Of a DNA stretch of 64,000 nt, positions 24,197 through 36,721 are shown one piece after another. Below the pieces are notes generated by a model, which was not told the DNA's origin, made no database searches, and saw only the letters and a list, made by a program, of their open reading frames with translations. The stretch covers positions 118,234,001-118,298,000 of the forward strand of contig NC_042999.1 of assembly GCF_006345805.1 (NCBI RefSeq), read 5' to 3'. This DNA is from Octopus sinensis (taxonomy: Eukaryota). Every line of letters starts with the position of its first letter. Positions within the stretch are counted from its first letter, which is position 1. The position numbers and the translations under genes were made by a program.

Positions 24197-24578
24197 CAAA
24201 TATGACTAGAACAACTGCAGCAACATATCTTAGGGATTGAATCCAAGTGTAATTAGTAAACCCACAAAGCAAATGAAAGTTAAAGATAAATCACCTTCTG
24301 AATTATAGGTAAGGTTATAATGGGTAGTTTTAACTTTGGAAAGAATTAAGTTTAGTACTGTAAGTTAAAATATATAGTTTTACTATTACATACATTTTTA
24401 TAGCAAGCTATACAGCTTACAATACCCTACCTCCCTAACAGGTAATACCCACTTGCTGGAATCAACTTTTAGAGTTAAACCACAAGGTCACTCTCATAAT
24501 GTCTCACAAAATACAAGTAACAAGATATTGAACTGTTGGTTTGTTTTCTACTACCTTGTCCATTAAGTCTTCTGCATA
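24197..24578 (+). repeat. Local duplication, copy 2
   Basis: Aligns with 21721-22078. Confidence 0.9.
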
Positions 24579-25644
24579 CCCATTTCATAATTTGTAGTAG
24601 CATCACTATTAAGAACTGGATTCTATTCTAGCTCTGAAGAGAAAGCCTTGTTTCTTGAATTCTAGTTTTAATAGTATTGAAACTATATGAGGTCACTCAA
24701 AACGTAAGAGAGCATAGTATTTCTGAGTCTGGCTTTGATAGTTTTAGATATGCATTGGTTATGTGTAGGAGAGTCTTCAGTACACTGTAATTGATTATAT
24801 ATAAGAGATGTTCTATAAAAAATAAAGCATTTTCAAATTGTTACAGAGAAACAATCATAAAATATTCAGTAACTAATCATAAGATTTTCTTATGGAGATC
24901 ATAACCTTTTCCATAAAACATCTTTTAGAAATTGGCAAGGGTTAAAGTTGTCACTTGTGTGCTAATTGCTATACAAATAAATACCCATTAGTTCGAATTT
25001 GCTGCCAAATAAATACAATAAAGGATAAATTATATATTATGAATCTACCTCATATTACAAAGTTAATAGCATATAGAAATTTGGTAATTAATAATTAACA
25101 GTTTACTGTAAAACAACTTTTTTTTTGTGTTTCTTAATCTGCTACAAAAGAACAAAATCTGTAGGTTTTAAAAGTTCTCCCAGGAAAGAAATTAAATTGT
25201 ATCACATAAGATTATTTCTCTTGCATTGCTTGTAAAAGATTTTTGCATTTCTCTGTAATCTGGACATAAATGTACTTCGCAATATTATCTTTTATTTCTC
25301 TCTCTCTCTCCTCTTTCATCCTTTGTCCCTTCTACCCTATCTATTGCATCTCTATATTTTTCAATTTGTTTTCATCTTGATAAAGATGCTAATTGAAAGC
25401 TACACATTATTATCTGACAGTACTTCATCTAATCATATGATTTGACAACTGAATAACCTAATTTAGTTACAATGCAATCTTATATATTACCTGTGAGCTA
25501 AGTTCATTATAGAAATTATTTGATATAATCCCATATTATTCATAGCAACTGTGAATTATGAAACTATAATGAAAATCTTTCAGTGGGTTTTTTAAAAACA
25601 TTTTTCTTTTTCATTTGAAGATAGTGAATTGGCAGAATAATTAG

Positions 25645-25925
25645 GATCATCATCATCATTTAACGTCCACTTTCTATGCTGGCATGGGTTGGACGATTTG
25701 ACTGAGGACTGGCGAACCAGATGGCTGCACCAGGCTCCAATCTGATCTGACAGAGTTTCTACAGCTGGTTGCCCTTCCTAATGCCAACCACTCTGAGAGT
25801 GTAGTAAGTGCTTTTACGTGTCACTGGCATGAGGGCCAGTCAGTTGGTACTGGCAACGGCCACACTCAAATGATGTTTTTTATGTGCCACCTGCACAGGA
25901 GCCAGTCCAGTAGACTGACAATGAC
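25645..25925 (-). mobile_element. RTE-tail-derived repeat (family C), reverse
   Basis: catcatcatttaacgtccactttctatgctggcatgggttggacgatttgactgagg. Confidence 0.85.
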
Positions 25926-27599
25926 CGTGAACTAGCAAATTTAGACGAGAGCATCTTCTGGATATGTATTTTTTTGGCGGAGGTATTAAAAATCGAGTAG
26001 GAGAATCCGAGTGCATGTGCTAGTTTATATAGGGTAGGGGTGAAGGAAATCTTGGCAAAGCAAGTGGTAATCGGAAGGAGAGAGAGAGAGAGTGAGGCAC
26101 AGAGAGAGAAGGGGATGCCAGAGTTAGGGTGGGCAGAACACGAGGGAAAAAATATTCTTTTGGGATTGGGATTTGGGTAGTATAATTTAACAAAACAGCA
26201 AATGTCGATAATAGTAAAATAGAATTGAAAAACCTTAGAGTTTTTGGTCAGCCAATCTATGACAAAATTAGAGAAATAAGTGACTGTGTGATAAACTTGA
26301 TTAAATGAATGTGTGGCAGTTAAGGATATGCGTGATCTAAGGTTATCTTAAGGCAACAACGAGGAAGACAAAACTATTCAAACTATATTTACATGTTTAC
26401 ACGGTAATGAAATAGACAGAATAATGAAAAGAACTAATAAAAGGTTTATGATCTGCGCAGACATAGAAGAGTCGATGAACGAGGTTGAAAAAACAAAACT
26501 TCTTATCTGAACATCTTCTGAGATTCGTATCTTTTTGGCTAGATCTCAGTACATCCTGAGTTCAAATTCTGCTTAAATACTTTTGCCTTCCATCTATACA
26601 AGAGTGAATAAAATAAATACCAGTCAAATTCTGGGAGTAACATAATGAAATGCCTTCTCCCATAAAGTTTGCGGCCTTCTTCGGAAATTAATATTTTTTG
26701 CTATTCTTAGACATAGTGCTTGAGTTATAATCTTCGTCCTGTAACTTCAGCTTAGTTTTTTTTGCATATTAGGCATCAAATGTTTATTGTAAAGGGTTCT
26801 ATTTATAAGTTAAGATTATGAATTTGAAAACTACAATCTAGAGCTGGTCAGACACAGATATTTGACTTCATATCACAGAATGCTTGAGTTTCTACCTGAA
26901 GCAAGTTCTACTTTAAGTTTATCCATGATACTTGTTCTTGAACTTATGAGGAAAGAGACACTGCTAATTTGTTTATTCATATAAGAGAACTTTTGAATAT
27001 AGCATGTTATAATGTAATATAACAAACCAATAGCATGGTTCCAGATGCGATTTTGCAATGCTGGGTAGCTTTATTTGTCTGATATTATAAAATAAGATAA
27101 AATAGAAATGTAGCACATGAAGTAAGCAATATCATACATCCCAATGGACATTCATAGATATTATTTTTCCATAGAGTTTAAAGTAAGCAACCTGTCACAT
27201 GTAATGTTGTGTAATTATAATCAACAGCTTAGATTACAAATCTGTTGATTTTCTAGTTGCAAGTATTTAAACATTGATAAAACTAACTATACCAGGCAGA
27301 TTTCAAACATGAAATATGGACAAAAAAAAACAAAAAACAAAAAGAAAAAACTATATATGCCCTATTATATTAACACTAATCATGTACCAAAGTCCAATTA
27401 AAAAAAAATAGACTGAGATAGGTTGGATTTAAAGAGTTAATGACAGATGCATTGTAATATATCTTAACCCTTGTATATCTTTAATGGAGTTTACTCAGTT
27501 GCAAGCACTGAGATTAGGCCTCTGATCTGTGTAGGCAACCAGTTTAAATTGTAGACATCCAATGTTTTCCCTATCTGCTGAACTAATGCAAACTTTATC

Positions 27600-28476
27600 T
27601 AGATATGATCAGAATCGGCTGAAGTAGTTGCTTCATATCCACACTATGGGAAATATAATTTGTAATTGTCAGACTGCTGGAAATGTCCAAGTGAGTGCTC
27701 AAGGATTTTGTAGTCCCTCCTCAAATGTGTTTGTTCCACACAATCCCATCATTCATCTAAAATACAACTTCAGTCCCCCACTGTGTGAAGTTCTGCAGAA
27801 AGTTTCTCAGTGCCTGAAGAAATCAGAGAGACTAACCTGTCCTATTTGGGGCATAGATGGCTACATGTCTGAAAGCATCATCTTCTCTGCCATTGACATC
27901 CAGGATCATCAACTTACCTCCTGGGTCCAGGAAGATTGATTGCATCTCATGGTTACAGGATTTTGGGAACAGCATTGGCACTCCAAAAATCAATCCCAAC
28001 AGATAAGAAGACAAGAAAATGGGTGTCAGGGTGCATACTCAAGAAATCATTGTTTCACTTATGGCTGAATATCTACATCAAGTGTTCTGAGGTCGCTCAG
28101 CAAGTAACATTGTTTCCAGATCAAAACCAGGTCTGCATATCTACACAATTTACTCTAAGCCATTTACATCAGAGTAAAGAAACAAAGAGACTTTTACTTT
28201 AGTTCCTGAGGGTGCCTGTTGATCTGGCCTTCACTTGGGTTGAAGAGGAAATAGAAAAGGTTTTTCTTGGATATTTTGATTGGGGCATTCACTAAACTCT
28301 CCAATGTCTTGAGGATATTTTACTTTTAGGACAAAATAAGTCTCAGAATCCGTCTGTATAAGCAATCTGACTGAGAATGCTTTTAGTAGGAATTCAGGGA
28401 AACCCTCCTCATTCATCAGAATATTTTTGCTGCTGGCTACCTCTTCAATCGAATCAATGTTACTCTTCTGAACAAC
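27600..28476 (-). mobile_element. Decayed Tx1/L1-clade LINE: ORF1 tail plus AP-endonuclease domain
   Basis: Minus frames give LLSDLRTLDVDI..AISET, FLDPGGKLMILDVNG..AFRHVAIYAPNRTG and VGD*SCILD. Interrupted by the CR1 insertion and may continue to about 29830. Confidence 0.7.
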
Positions 28477-28481
28477 AATTC

Positions 28482-29509
28482 CAAGTCCAAGTTAATGGTT
28501 CGCGGTCCGACGTCTCCAGTGCGAGCAGTGGCGTGCCTCAAGGTTCAGTGCTTGGGCCCTTGTTGTTCTTAGTCTTCATAAATAACTTGCCCGACGACCT
28601 CACGCAACACACCCTTCTATTTGCCGACGATATCAAACTGGTCGCTCCTCGTGGTAATATAGAGGATCTTCGTCGATGCCTCCACCAAATTTGGAAGTGG
28701 TCTAACGATTGGGACATGTGTCTGAACGTGTCAAAGTGCTGTCATCTTCCTGTCGGCTCTACTCCTGCAACTCAACTTGATTTCGAGCCAGGTCGTCTGC
28801 TGGTGGAGAGGACCGATCAGGTAAAGGACCTGGGTATCTTGGTGGATTCCTTCTTTTCGCCTTCGGCCCAGTGCGTCCATGCTGCCAACAAAGCACGCGG
28901 AATTCTGTTCTTGATTCGACGGTCATTCGGAATGCTCACAGCAGCCATATTCCTACCACTCTATGTCACGCTGGTGAGACCCATATTGGAGTATGGGATT
29001 CAAGCCTCTTCTCCTTATCTCCTCAAAGACATACAGCATCTCGAAAGAGTTCAGAAGCTGGCTACCCACATGGTTCATGGTCTCAAAAGTTTGTCCTACG
29101 AAGAAAGGCTGAGGACGCTCGACCTTTATTCTCTTGAAAAACGCCGCCGCCGTGGTGATCTCATTCTCGCCCACAACATCATAAGCGGAAAGTGTAACCT
29201 CTCGAAAGAGCTGTTCTTCACTCCTGCTCCAGAGCGTCGGCTGCGGGGTCATTCCGAAAAGCTCTACCTGCGACGATTTCATCTCAATCAAAGGAGAGGA
29301 GCTTTCTCCGTCCGGGTTGCGGATCCGTGGAACAAGCTGCCAGACGAGATGGTAAAGATGCCGACGATCGCTTTGTTCAAAGCCTCCCTGGACCTCAAGT
29401 GGTCTGAACTCTTTACATGAACACCACCCTGTACTTAACTCCATGTCCCCCTACATGGCCTTGCTATTTGCTCTTGAGCCAAATTAACTAACTAACTAAC
29501 TAACTAACT
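28482..29509 (+). mobile_element. 5'-truncated CR1-clade LINE, RT C-terminal half intact (reading frame 28479-29420)
   Basis: SGVPQGSVLGPLLFL, LLFADDIKL, RPILEYG, LERVQKLAT, YEERL..LDLYSLEKRRRRGDLI, RLRGH, FSVRV..WNKLP. (TAAC)n tail, possible AATTC TSD (28477-28481 and 29510-29514). Confidence 0.95.
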
Positions 29510-30449
29510 AATTCAGTTGATAAAAAATGATATCTGTGTGAGTGTATGACTGTTTGTCATGTTTCAGTTTTTGTTTCAGTATATGTCATTTTTTGTGAAT
29601 ATGTTTGTAAGAGTTTGGTTTGTTTTTATGATGATGATGTTATTCCTATTTTTGGCAAGTGATTTTGTGGAGGATTTTCTGTCCTTCTATTGTGTCTCAT
29701 TGCCTTCAGTTTGACACCTGTTTGTTTGCACCTGATTTTTCCTCTTCTTCTCTCCCAAAAGAACTTGGAATAATTTCATCAGGCTTTCACCTCCTGAACG
29801 GGCTTTTGATTTCATAAGCTCTGAACCAGGGGAAGGAGATAGGTGTGAGTGTGTTTCTGTGTTTTGTTTTGTATTACTTGCATATAAAGGAGAACTTACT
29901 CAGATGTTGATTATAATAATAATAGTAGTGGTTTCAAATTTTGGCACAAGGCCAGCAAGTTCAGGGAGGAGTAAACTGATTACATTATCCCTAGTGCTTA
30001 ACTGGTACTTATTTTACGGACCCTTAAAGGATAAAAGGCAAAGTCAACTTCAACAGAATTTGAACTCAAAATATAAAAATGAACAAAATGTTGCTTAGCA
30101 TTGTGCCACCTGACCACATTATAAATAATAAAATAATAATAATAATGATGATGATGTTGCTGCTGTTGCTGATGATGGTGAAGAGGAGGGAGAGAAGGAG
30201 GAGGGTGCTCTGTTAATGGCTACAAAGGTCAATAGCAATAATAATAATGATGGTTTCTCTCATCAATTTTGACATATGAACCTTTGAAGGAAAGGATTAA
30301 AAAGAAAAAGAATGAAAGAATTAAAACTAAAAGAAGTTGTATCTATTTACGATGGATGCATGCATGTAATTTGAATCCAGGTATAGATTTTGCAAGTCAC
30401 TATGGGGACAATGATGATTCTGATTTTGCCTGTGATTGGACAAATGTGT

Positions 30450-30975
30450 CTGGTGACTGCAGGATATAATTCTTTTATTTTTCTGTTTCTTCAACTCAAA
30501 TTGTGTAGATGCATCTTGACACATTTTACACTGCTCAGATCGATCTAGGTAATAACTTTCCTGCGATGATAAATTAAGCTGTTGGGATTTTAGTGATTTA
30601 TATCTGAGAAGGAGTCTTCCTATACAGCAGAATCCTTGCACCTGTTAGCCAAGGGAAAGAATTTCGGGAATGTGATAATCTTGCTTTCAACATGTCCAGA
30701 CCATCTACACTGAATTCTCAACAGTATGTTTTTGATACGGGAGACAACACATTTTCCTAACCTTTTAACATTTGTTATCTTGCCATTTTATATTGCAGAT
30801 GTTGTGTGGACAGCACATAGAAATGTTTCAAGTTTTTTTTATATATATATATCTGTAGAAGAGCATCCATGCTTCTGTGTTGTAAAAATGTTTGCTGAAA
30901 ATACAAGATTTGTATACATTTATTTTTGTTTTCGAACTGACACTGTGTTCATCCCACAAATGTTGGGAAAGTTTC
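30450..30975 (-). mobile_element. Decayed RTE/BovB-like LINE 3' fragment
   Basis: ALGKLSQHLWDEHSVSSKTKINVYKSC..YNTEAW, QCRWSGHV and GRLLLRYK match the RTE C-terminal consensus pattern. Confidence 0.7.
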
Positions 30976-31009
30976 CCTAAAGCACATGTAATAATAACAC
31001 CAATGATAA

Positions 31010-31220
31010 TAATAATCCTTTCTACTAAAGGCACAAGGCCTGAAATTTTGGGGAAATGGGTAAGTCAATTACATCAACCCCAGTACTCAATTAGAGTTTA
31101 TTTTATCAACCCGAAAAGGATGAAAGGCAAAGTCGACCTTGGCTGAATTTGAACTCAGATTGTGGAGACTGACAAAACGTCACTAAGCATTTTGCCCAGT
31201 CAGCTAACAGTTCTTCCAGT
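31010..31220 (-). mobile_element. SINE family B
   Basis: tctactaaaggcacaaggcctgaaattttggg...ccgaaaaggatgaaaggcaaagtcgaccttggctgaatttgaactcag. Further copies at about 22640-22810, 29925-30110, 46335-46560, 47635-47850 and 61140-61330. Confidence 0.85.
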
Positions 31221-31310
31221 ATGCTGCCTTAATAATAATAATATCAATAATAATAATATTAATAATAATCATAAGAATAATAATAACAACAACAACAACA
31301 ACAATAATAA

Positions 31311-31660
31311 TAGTCAGATCATTGATGTAACCATTCCAAATAACATGAATTTTGTGAGTAAAGAAGGTTGAAAATATCACCAAGTACTCTGAATTGAAAG
31401 CGAAAATGGCAAGACTGTATGGAATGTGAGAGGGTAATGTAAACATGATACCAGCGGTGATCGAAGTGCTGGGCTCAATCACATAGAATCTTCAAAACTT
31501 CTTAAGGCAACTGGAAATCTAATGTAAGATTGATGTCTTGCAAAAAGCAGCCTTATTAGGCACAGCACACATCTTAAGGAAAGTATTTTCTCTCTGATGT
31601 CCTCGTTGTAACTTGACATGACTAAAGACTCCACTGCATTTTTACCCACACTATGTTATG
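31311..31660 (+). mobile_element. R4/Dong-like non-LTR element 3' end (restriction-like endonuclease), fragment 1
   Basis: IIDVTIP..SKE..KYSELK..ARLYGM..IPAVI..LGSI..QKAALLGTAHILRKVF-stop, then UTR and (AAC/AAT)n tail. Confidence 0.8.
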
Positions 31661-31705
31661 AAGGAATAACAACAACAACAACAACAACAATAATAATAAT
31701 TAATA

Positions 31706-32500
31706 AGATTGAAACATTGGACTGCCTAATCTCTGGGTGTAAGGTTTTAGCACCAGTAGAGTGTAAATCGAGATATTAGCCAACTCAAGATATTAGCCAA
31801 GTTGGCTAGTATTTACACTGGACAATATGTTAGCATTATAAAATCAAGACTGCTGACAAAATGTACAAGCACCACCTTGAGGCTGTAACAGAGGGAGAAA
31901 ATGTAATGATTCGCTGGGACTTTTCAGTACATACAGACTGAGCCGTCAAAGCTAATAAACCAGTTATTGTTGTGAAAGAACAAAACAATAAAATCTGTTC
32001 ATTGATTGACATGAGTATACCTTGTAATTATAGTATCTTGGCAAAAGTAGTTGATAAGCTCAGAAAAATATAAAGATTTGCTGACTGAAATCGAAAAAAT
32101 GGGGCATATCAAGACGGTTACACTACCAATTAGTGTAGGTATACATAAGATGATTAAAAAAAGGGAAACTGAAAATTATTTGAGGATGATCCCTGGCTTA
32201 TCATCCATGCAGGAAGTGCAAAAAGATTGTCTTAAGTGGTACATCGCATGTATTGAAAAGAATATTGTTGCTGTGAAGTTTCTTTCTTTTTTCCCCTTTA
32301 TTTTCTTTGTGTTATTTTCTTTTCATTTCTTCTTTTTTCCTTCATTCCTCTGTCTTTCTCCATTTTTTTTATCACATGACTTTGCAAATGAACAAGCTCA
32401 TGTGTTTATTTTCATGGCCTACCAATGTATACAGTGAGTTTCTTTGCCCTAAGTGTTGGGAAGACTCTCGACAAGAAATAGAAACAAAATTGCAAGACAA
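31706..32500 (+). mobile_element. R4/Dong-like element 3' end (zinc-knuckle remnant plus RLE), fragment 2
   Basis: LISGCKVLAPVE..YLHWTIC..IRWDFSVHTD..KANKP..LIDMSIPC..KYKDLLTEIEKM..TLPI..VQKIVLSGTSHVLKRIL across frameshifts. (AAT)n tail. Confidence 0.85.
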
Positions 32501-32530
32501 AGATAATAATAATAATAATAATAATAATAA

Positions 32531-32706
32531 TAGAGTGCCCAGTAGAACTGTTACAAAATGTTTGCCTCTTTGGCCCAGCCAGAATAATCAGGAAAGTATT
32601 AAATAACTAAAAAGAATGAATAGCATGGTACTGTAGGCTGCAGGTAGTAAGCCCCCTATGCATGCAAGGCTCCACGAGCTCCAACAAAACCTGTGATAAA
32701 GAGAAA
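32531..32706 (+). mobile_element. R4/Dong-like element extreme 3' end, fragment 3
   Basis: LFGPARIIRKVLNN-stop, UTR, then (AAT)n tail. Confidence 0.6.
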
Positions 32707-32939
32707 ATAATAATAATAAAAGCAGAGAAGTATCTCAAATATAAGGCACAAGGCTAGAAATTTAGAGAGATAGGAGATTAATCAATTAATTCGACATCAG
32801 TACTTAAGAGGTACATTATTTTACTAACTATATGAAGTATGAAAGAGCCAATCAGCTACATTAGGTACAACCTCAGAACTAAATACATCAAGGCTTTTTG
32901 TCTGATATTGAAATGATTCTGCCAACCTACTATCTGCCA

Positions 32940-32941
32940 TG

Positions 32942-32995
<54 letters not shown>

Positions 32996-33030
32996 TGATG
33001 ATGATGATGATGATGATGATGATGTGATGA

Positions 33031-33064
<34 letters not shown>

Positions 33065-33069
33065 GGTGG

Positions 33070-33100
<31 letters not shown>

Positions 33101-33110
33101 TGAATGATTA
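32940..33110 (+). repeat. Compound (AAT)n-(GAT)n-(GGT)n microsatellite
   Basis: Direct reading. Confidence 0.95.
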
Positions 33111-34329
33111 GAATTAAGAATAATGATAATAAATATTTATGATAATATGAAATGTTAACCAGGAGGAGATATGCAGGGTTATATTTAGTAATTTAATTTA
33201 ATTATCATAAGGTTTGTAGCTTTGTAGTTGTAGGCAATTTCATTTTGCTAACCTTATGAAATGAGAGACATCAAAAGAGCCCTTATTGCCATTTATTGTT
33301 TATATTTATTCAATGGTGAAATCAAATTACATTTTCCTCAAATGAATATAAAACAAAAGATAAAAGAAAGCAACATATTTATCTCTTTCCCCCCCCCCCC
33401 TGTTATATACATTTGTTTCTGAAATCCTTTCTCATTTAATTTTTGCTAAGAGAGTGAATCTGTAGCATAATGGCTTGGTAGAGGCCCATGATCATGATTT
33501 CAAATCCTACAACAACTGTAGATATTATTTTGTAGTTATGTACATAGTATACAACTTTACTTGCCTGTTAATGAAAAGAATAGTATCTGGCAAAACTAGT
33601 GGACACCTGTGTTGGCAAATGTCAATTGATAAAAAAATCTGCATTTTTGAATGAGTTCTTAAGGATTTCTTAGAATATTGTATTTTCTTTGAAAAAGAGC
33701 TTTGCCTTCTCAATATTTTGTCTCTATGGTTTCTGTAAATTATTATCGAGTAGTTAACAGAAGGATGGACACTCAACTATAAGAGTATTATTTTAACTAG
33801 AATGATCTCACTAATCCAAGAATAGAACATTAGTGTAAGAATAAATAAAAACATGGAAACGGCTATGTTGAACTAAATATTTGCCTTAAATAATGGGGTA
33901 TGAATATTTCTAGAAGCTTAACATTTTTTATATATTTCAACCTGGACTCATCATCAAATCTGAAATGTAGTAAAGTGAAGAAAAGTAAAGTAAAGTTGCT
34001 TCCCAAGTCATATAGACTCATAGGGATGGTTTCCTAATTTCCATGGCATATATATTCCCCACCTGGACAGGACACTGGTCTGTTGCAGAATTACTCATTT
34101 TTGCCAGCTGAGTGGACTGCAGCAATGTGAAAAGAACAGAATGCATAACCTTGACCAGGAATTGAAACCACAAACTCATGATCATGAGTCCAACTCCCTA
34201 ACCACTAAGCCACATGTCGCCACTTCTGAAACAAAGATTAATCCTTAATTGATTCAGTTGCTCTATATTATTAGTATTTAATAGACTTTGGCCAGACAAG
34301 AGATCGTATCATACAATTCAGTATGGTCT

Positions 34330-34715
34330 CTTCTTAACTACATGGGTGTGGGTTCAGTCCTACTGCATGGCACCTTGGGCAAGTGTCTTCTACTATAAAC
34401 CTAAGCTGACCAAAGCTTGTGGGATGATTCGGTTGATAGAAACTGAAAGAAGCCTGTCATATATATATGTATATCACATAGATATGTGTGTGTGTGTTTG
34501 CATCTTGCATTTTCCCCCCACCACTGCTTGACAACTGGTGTTGGTGTGTTTGTCTCTTCATAACTTAATGGTTCATCAAAAAGAAACTGCTAGAATAAGC
34601 ATGAAAAAAACCAAAAAAAAACCAAATAAGTGCTTGGCTTGATTTACTCAACTAAAATTCTTCAAGGTGGTGCCCCAGCATGGCCATAGTCTAATGACTG
34701 AAACAAGTAAAAGAT
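34330..34715 (+). mobile_element. SINE family A
   Basis: gggttcagtcctactgcatggcaccttgggcaagtgtcttctacta...gactgaaacaagtaaaag. Another plus copy at about 43725-44060. Confidence 0.85.
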
Positions 34716-35739
34716 AACCGATAGAAGACAAAAGAATCTAACAGATATTAAAGTAAGGTAACCATCCAAACATGTGTAGCCTTCCAAATCACTCGCAATG
34801 CAACAACAGTTGGATGTAATTTTTGTCAGTCATTCGTTATATTATAATAAATATATTTTGATTTCGTTTATGTCATTCTTAGTTACAAGAAGTTTTAGCA
34901 GCAATTTTACGACTTATTTGTTGATTGGTAAAGAACAATTGCACCATTAACCTGAAAAACTGTTGCGACATTAGTATGAAATTAACATAAAACACACACA
35001 AAAATAAAATCTATCAAAATTTTAAATTAATAACATTAATAATTAAAGCAGCATTAAGTTGGACAACTATTGCACCATGTACATGGAAAACTAACATGAC
35101 ATTAGCATGAATAATTATCATATTAACATGAAAACTACACATCTTTCACTGCCGTTATTGTTGCCATTGTTGTTGTCATCACCATGGTCAACATTTGTCA
35201 TCATCATCATCCTTATCATGATCATTATCGTTTCTGCCTCCTCCTCCTCCTTCTTCTTCAGTACCTTCAATACAAATAGTGGGGGATGGTTTGTTACATA
35301 GTGATTTAAGTGTTCTGCTCAACATCGCCATCATCATCATCATCCTCATCATCATTGCCTCCTCCTCCTCCTCCTCTCTCTTGTTCTTGTTTCTTCTTCT
35401 TCTTATTCTACTTCTTATTCTTCAGTTTGTTCAATAGAAATGGTGAGGGATGGTTTGTGACATAGTGATATTAAGTGCTGGGCTCATAATTGTCAGGTTG
35501 TGAGTCTGATTCCCAGAACAGGTGGCCCATTGTTTCCTTGAGCAAGGCACTTCACTTTACATTGTGTCAGTCCAAACAACTAATGATCAACACTAGCAAC
35601 AGCAACATGGATGGGAGGAGGATTTAATCATTTGACAACCTGGTCTTCAATTCACGGAAAGCCTCAGTCCCTTCAGTGAATGCAAAGCAGGATAAACTTT
35701 AGTTTAAAATGTTCAGTCACTGAATAGAATACCATTGGA

Positions 35740-36075
35740 GAGACGCCCTTCGGTCATGGATGACCATGGGATTGCACCTAGAAATTTACCCTCCGAGGTA
35801 CAAGTCCAGGCAAGATTGTTTATGGAAAGCCAGCAGTTGTCCATGCATACCAGCCTCCCCTCTCCCCACCACTGATGTTATCCAAAGGAAAGGCAAAGGC
35901 TGATACAGTTTGGCACCAGTGATGTCGCAACTCATTTCTACAGCTGAGTTAACAGGAGCAACGTGAAATAAAGTGTCTTGCTCAAGAACACGACATGCAG
36001 CCCAATCCGGGAATTGAACTCACAACCTCACGATTGTAAGCTCGATGCTCTAACTACTGAGCCATGCACCTTCAC
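35740..36075 (-). mobile_element. tRNA-derived SINE (family E)
   Basis: Minus: tggctcagtagttagagc..gagttcaattcc..gtgttcttgagcaagacactttatttcacgttgctcc. A partial copy lies at about 34010-34220. Confidence 0.85.
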
Positions 36076-36594
36076 AAAATATCATTAGAAATAACATTAT
36101 CAACAACAAAAACAGTAATAACATGATGAAGAGCAGATGTTACATCAAAAACAATAAAATGTATTGAGCTGGAGTAGTAATGGTAGAGTTATTAAACAAA
36201 TTCATCTAACAATGCATTAATCTTTAGTATTTAAATTGGTCATATCCAACCCAAACTTCTGCCTGTTTCCTATTCAAATTGACTAGATGCATTTTGTCAA
36301 ACCTACCCTACAATATCAGTCCAAGAATAAACAATCACATCATTGAAGTCACAAGGCTGCAAGATAATGAAAAACAAATTCAAAACAATGTGAAAAAATA
36401 GGTGTATGTATGGCTGTGTGAAGAGAAATTTGATTTGCTACAACATGGTTCTGGGTTCAGTTTCACTGAGTGGAACCTTAGGCAAGTGTCTTTTACTATA
36501 GCCTCAGGTAAACCAAAGCCTTGTGAATAGATTTGGTAGATGAAAACTGAAAGACTTTGTATATATATACATATATATATATATATATAATAAA

Positions 36595-36665
<71 letters not shown>

Positions 36666-36721
36666 GGAGAGAGAGATTGATAGATAGATAGATAGATACA
36701 TACATACATACATACATGCAT

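Noticed and set aside
28953-29444. 163-aa antisense ORF
   Set aside because: Antisense shadow of the GC-rich CR1 RT frame.
30327-30641. 104-aa minus ORF with a strong-looking acceptor
   Set aside because: It continues the RTE C-terminus (GRLLLRYK resembles GRP.LRYK) found at 30660-30975.
33525-33776. Minus exon candidate RNHRDKILRR...
   Set aside because: No recognisable homology, and its only phase-compatible partner proved to be RTE-derived.
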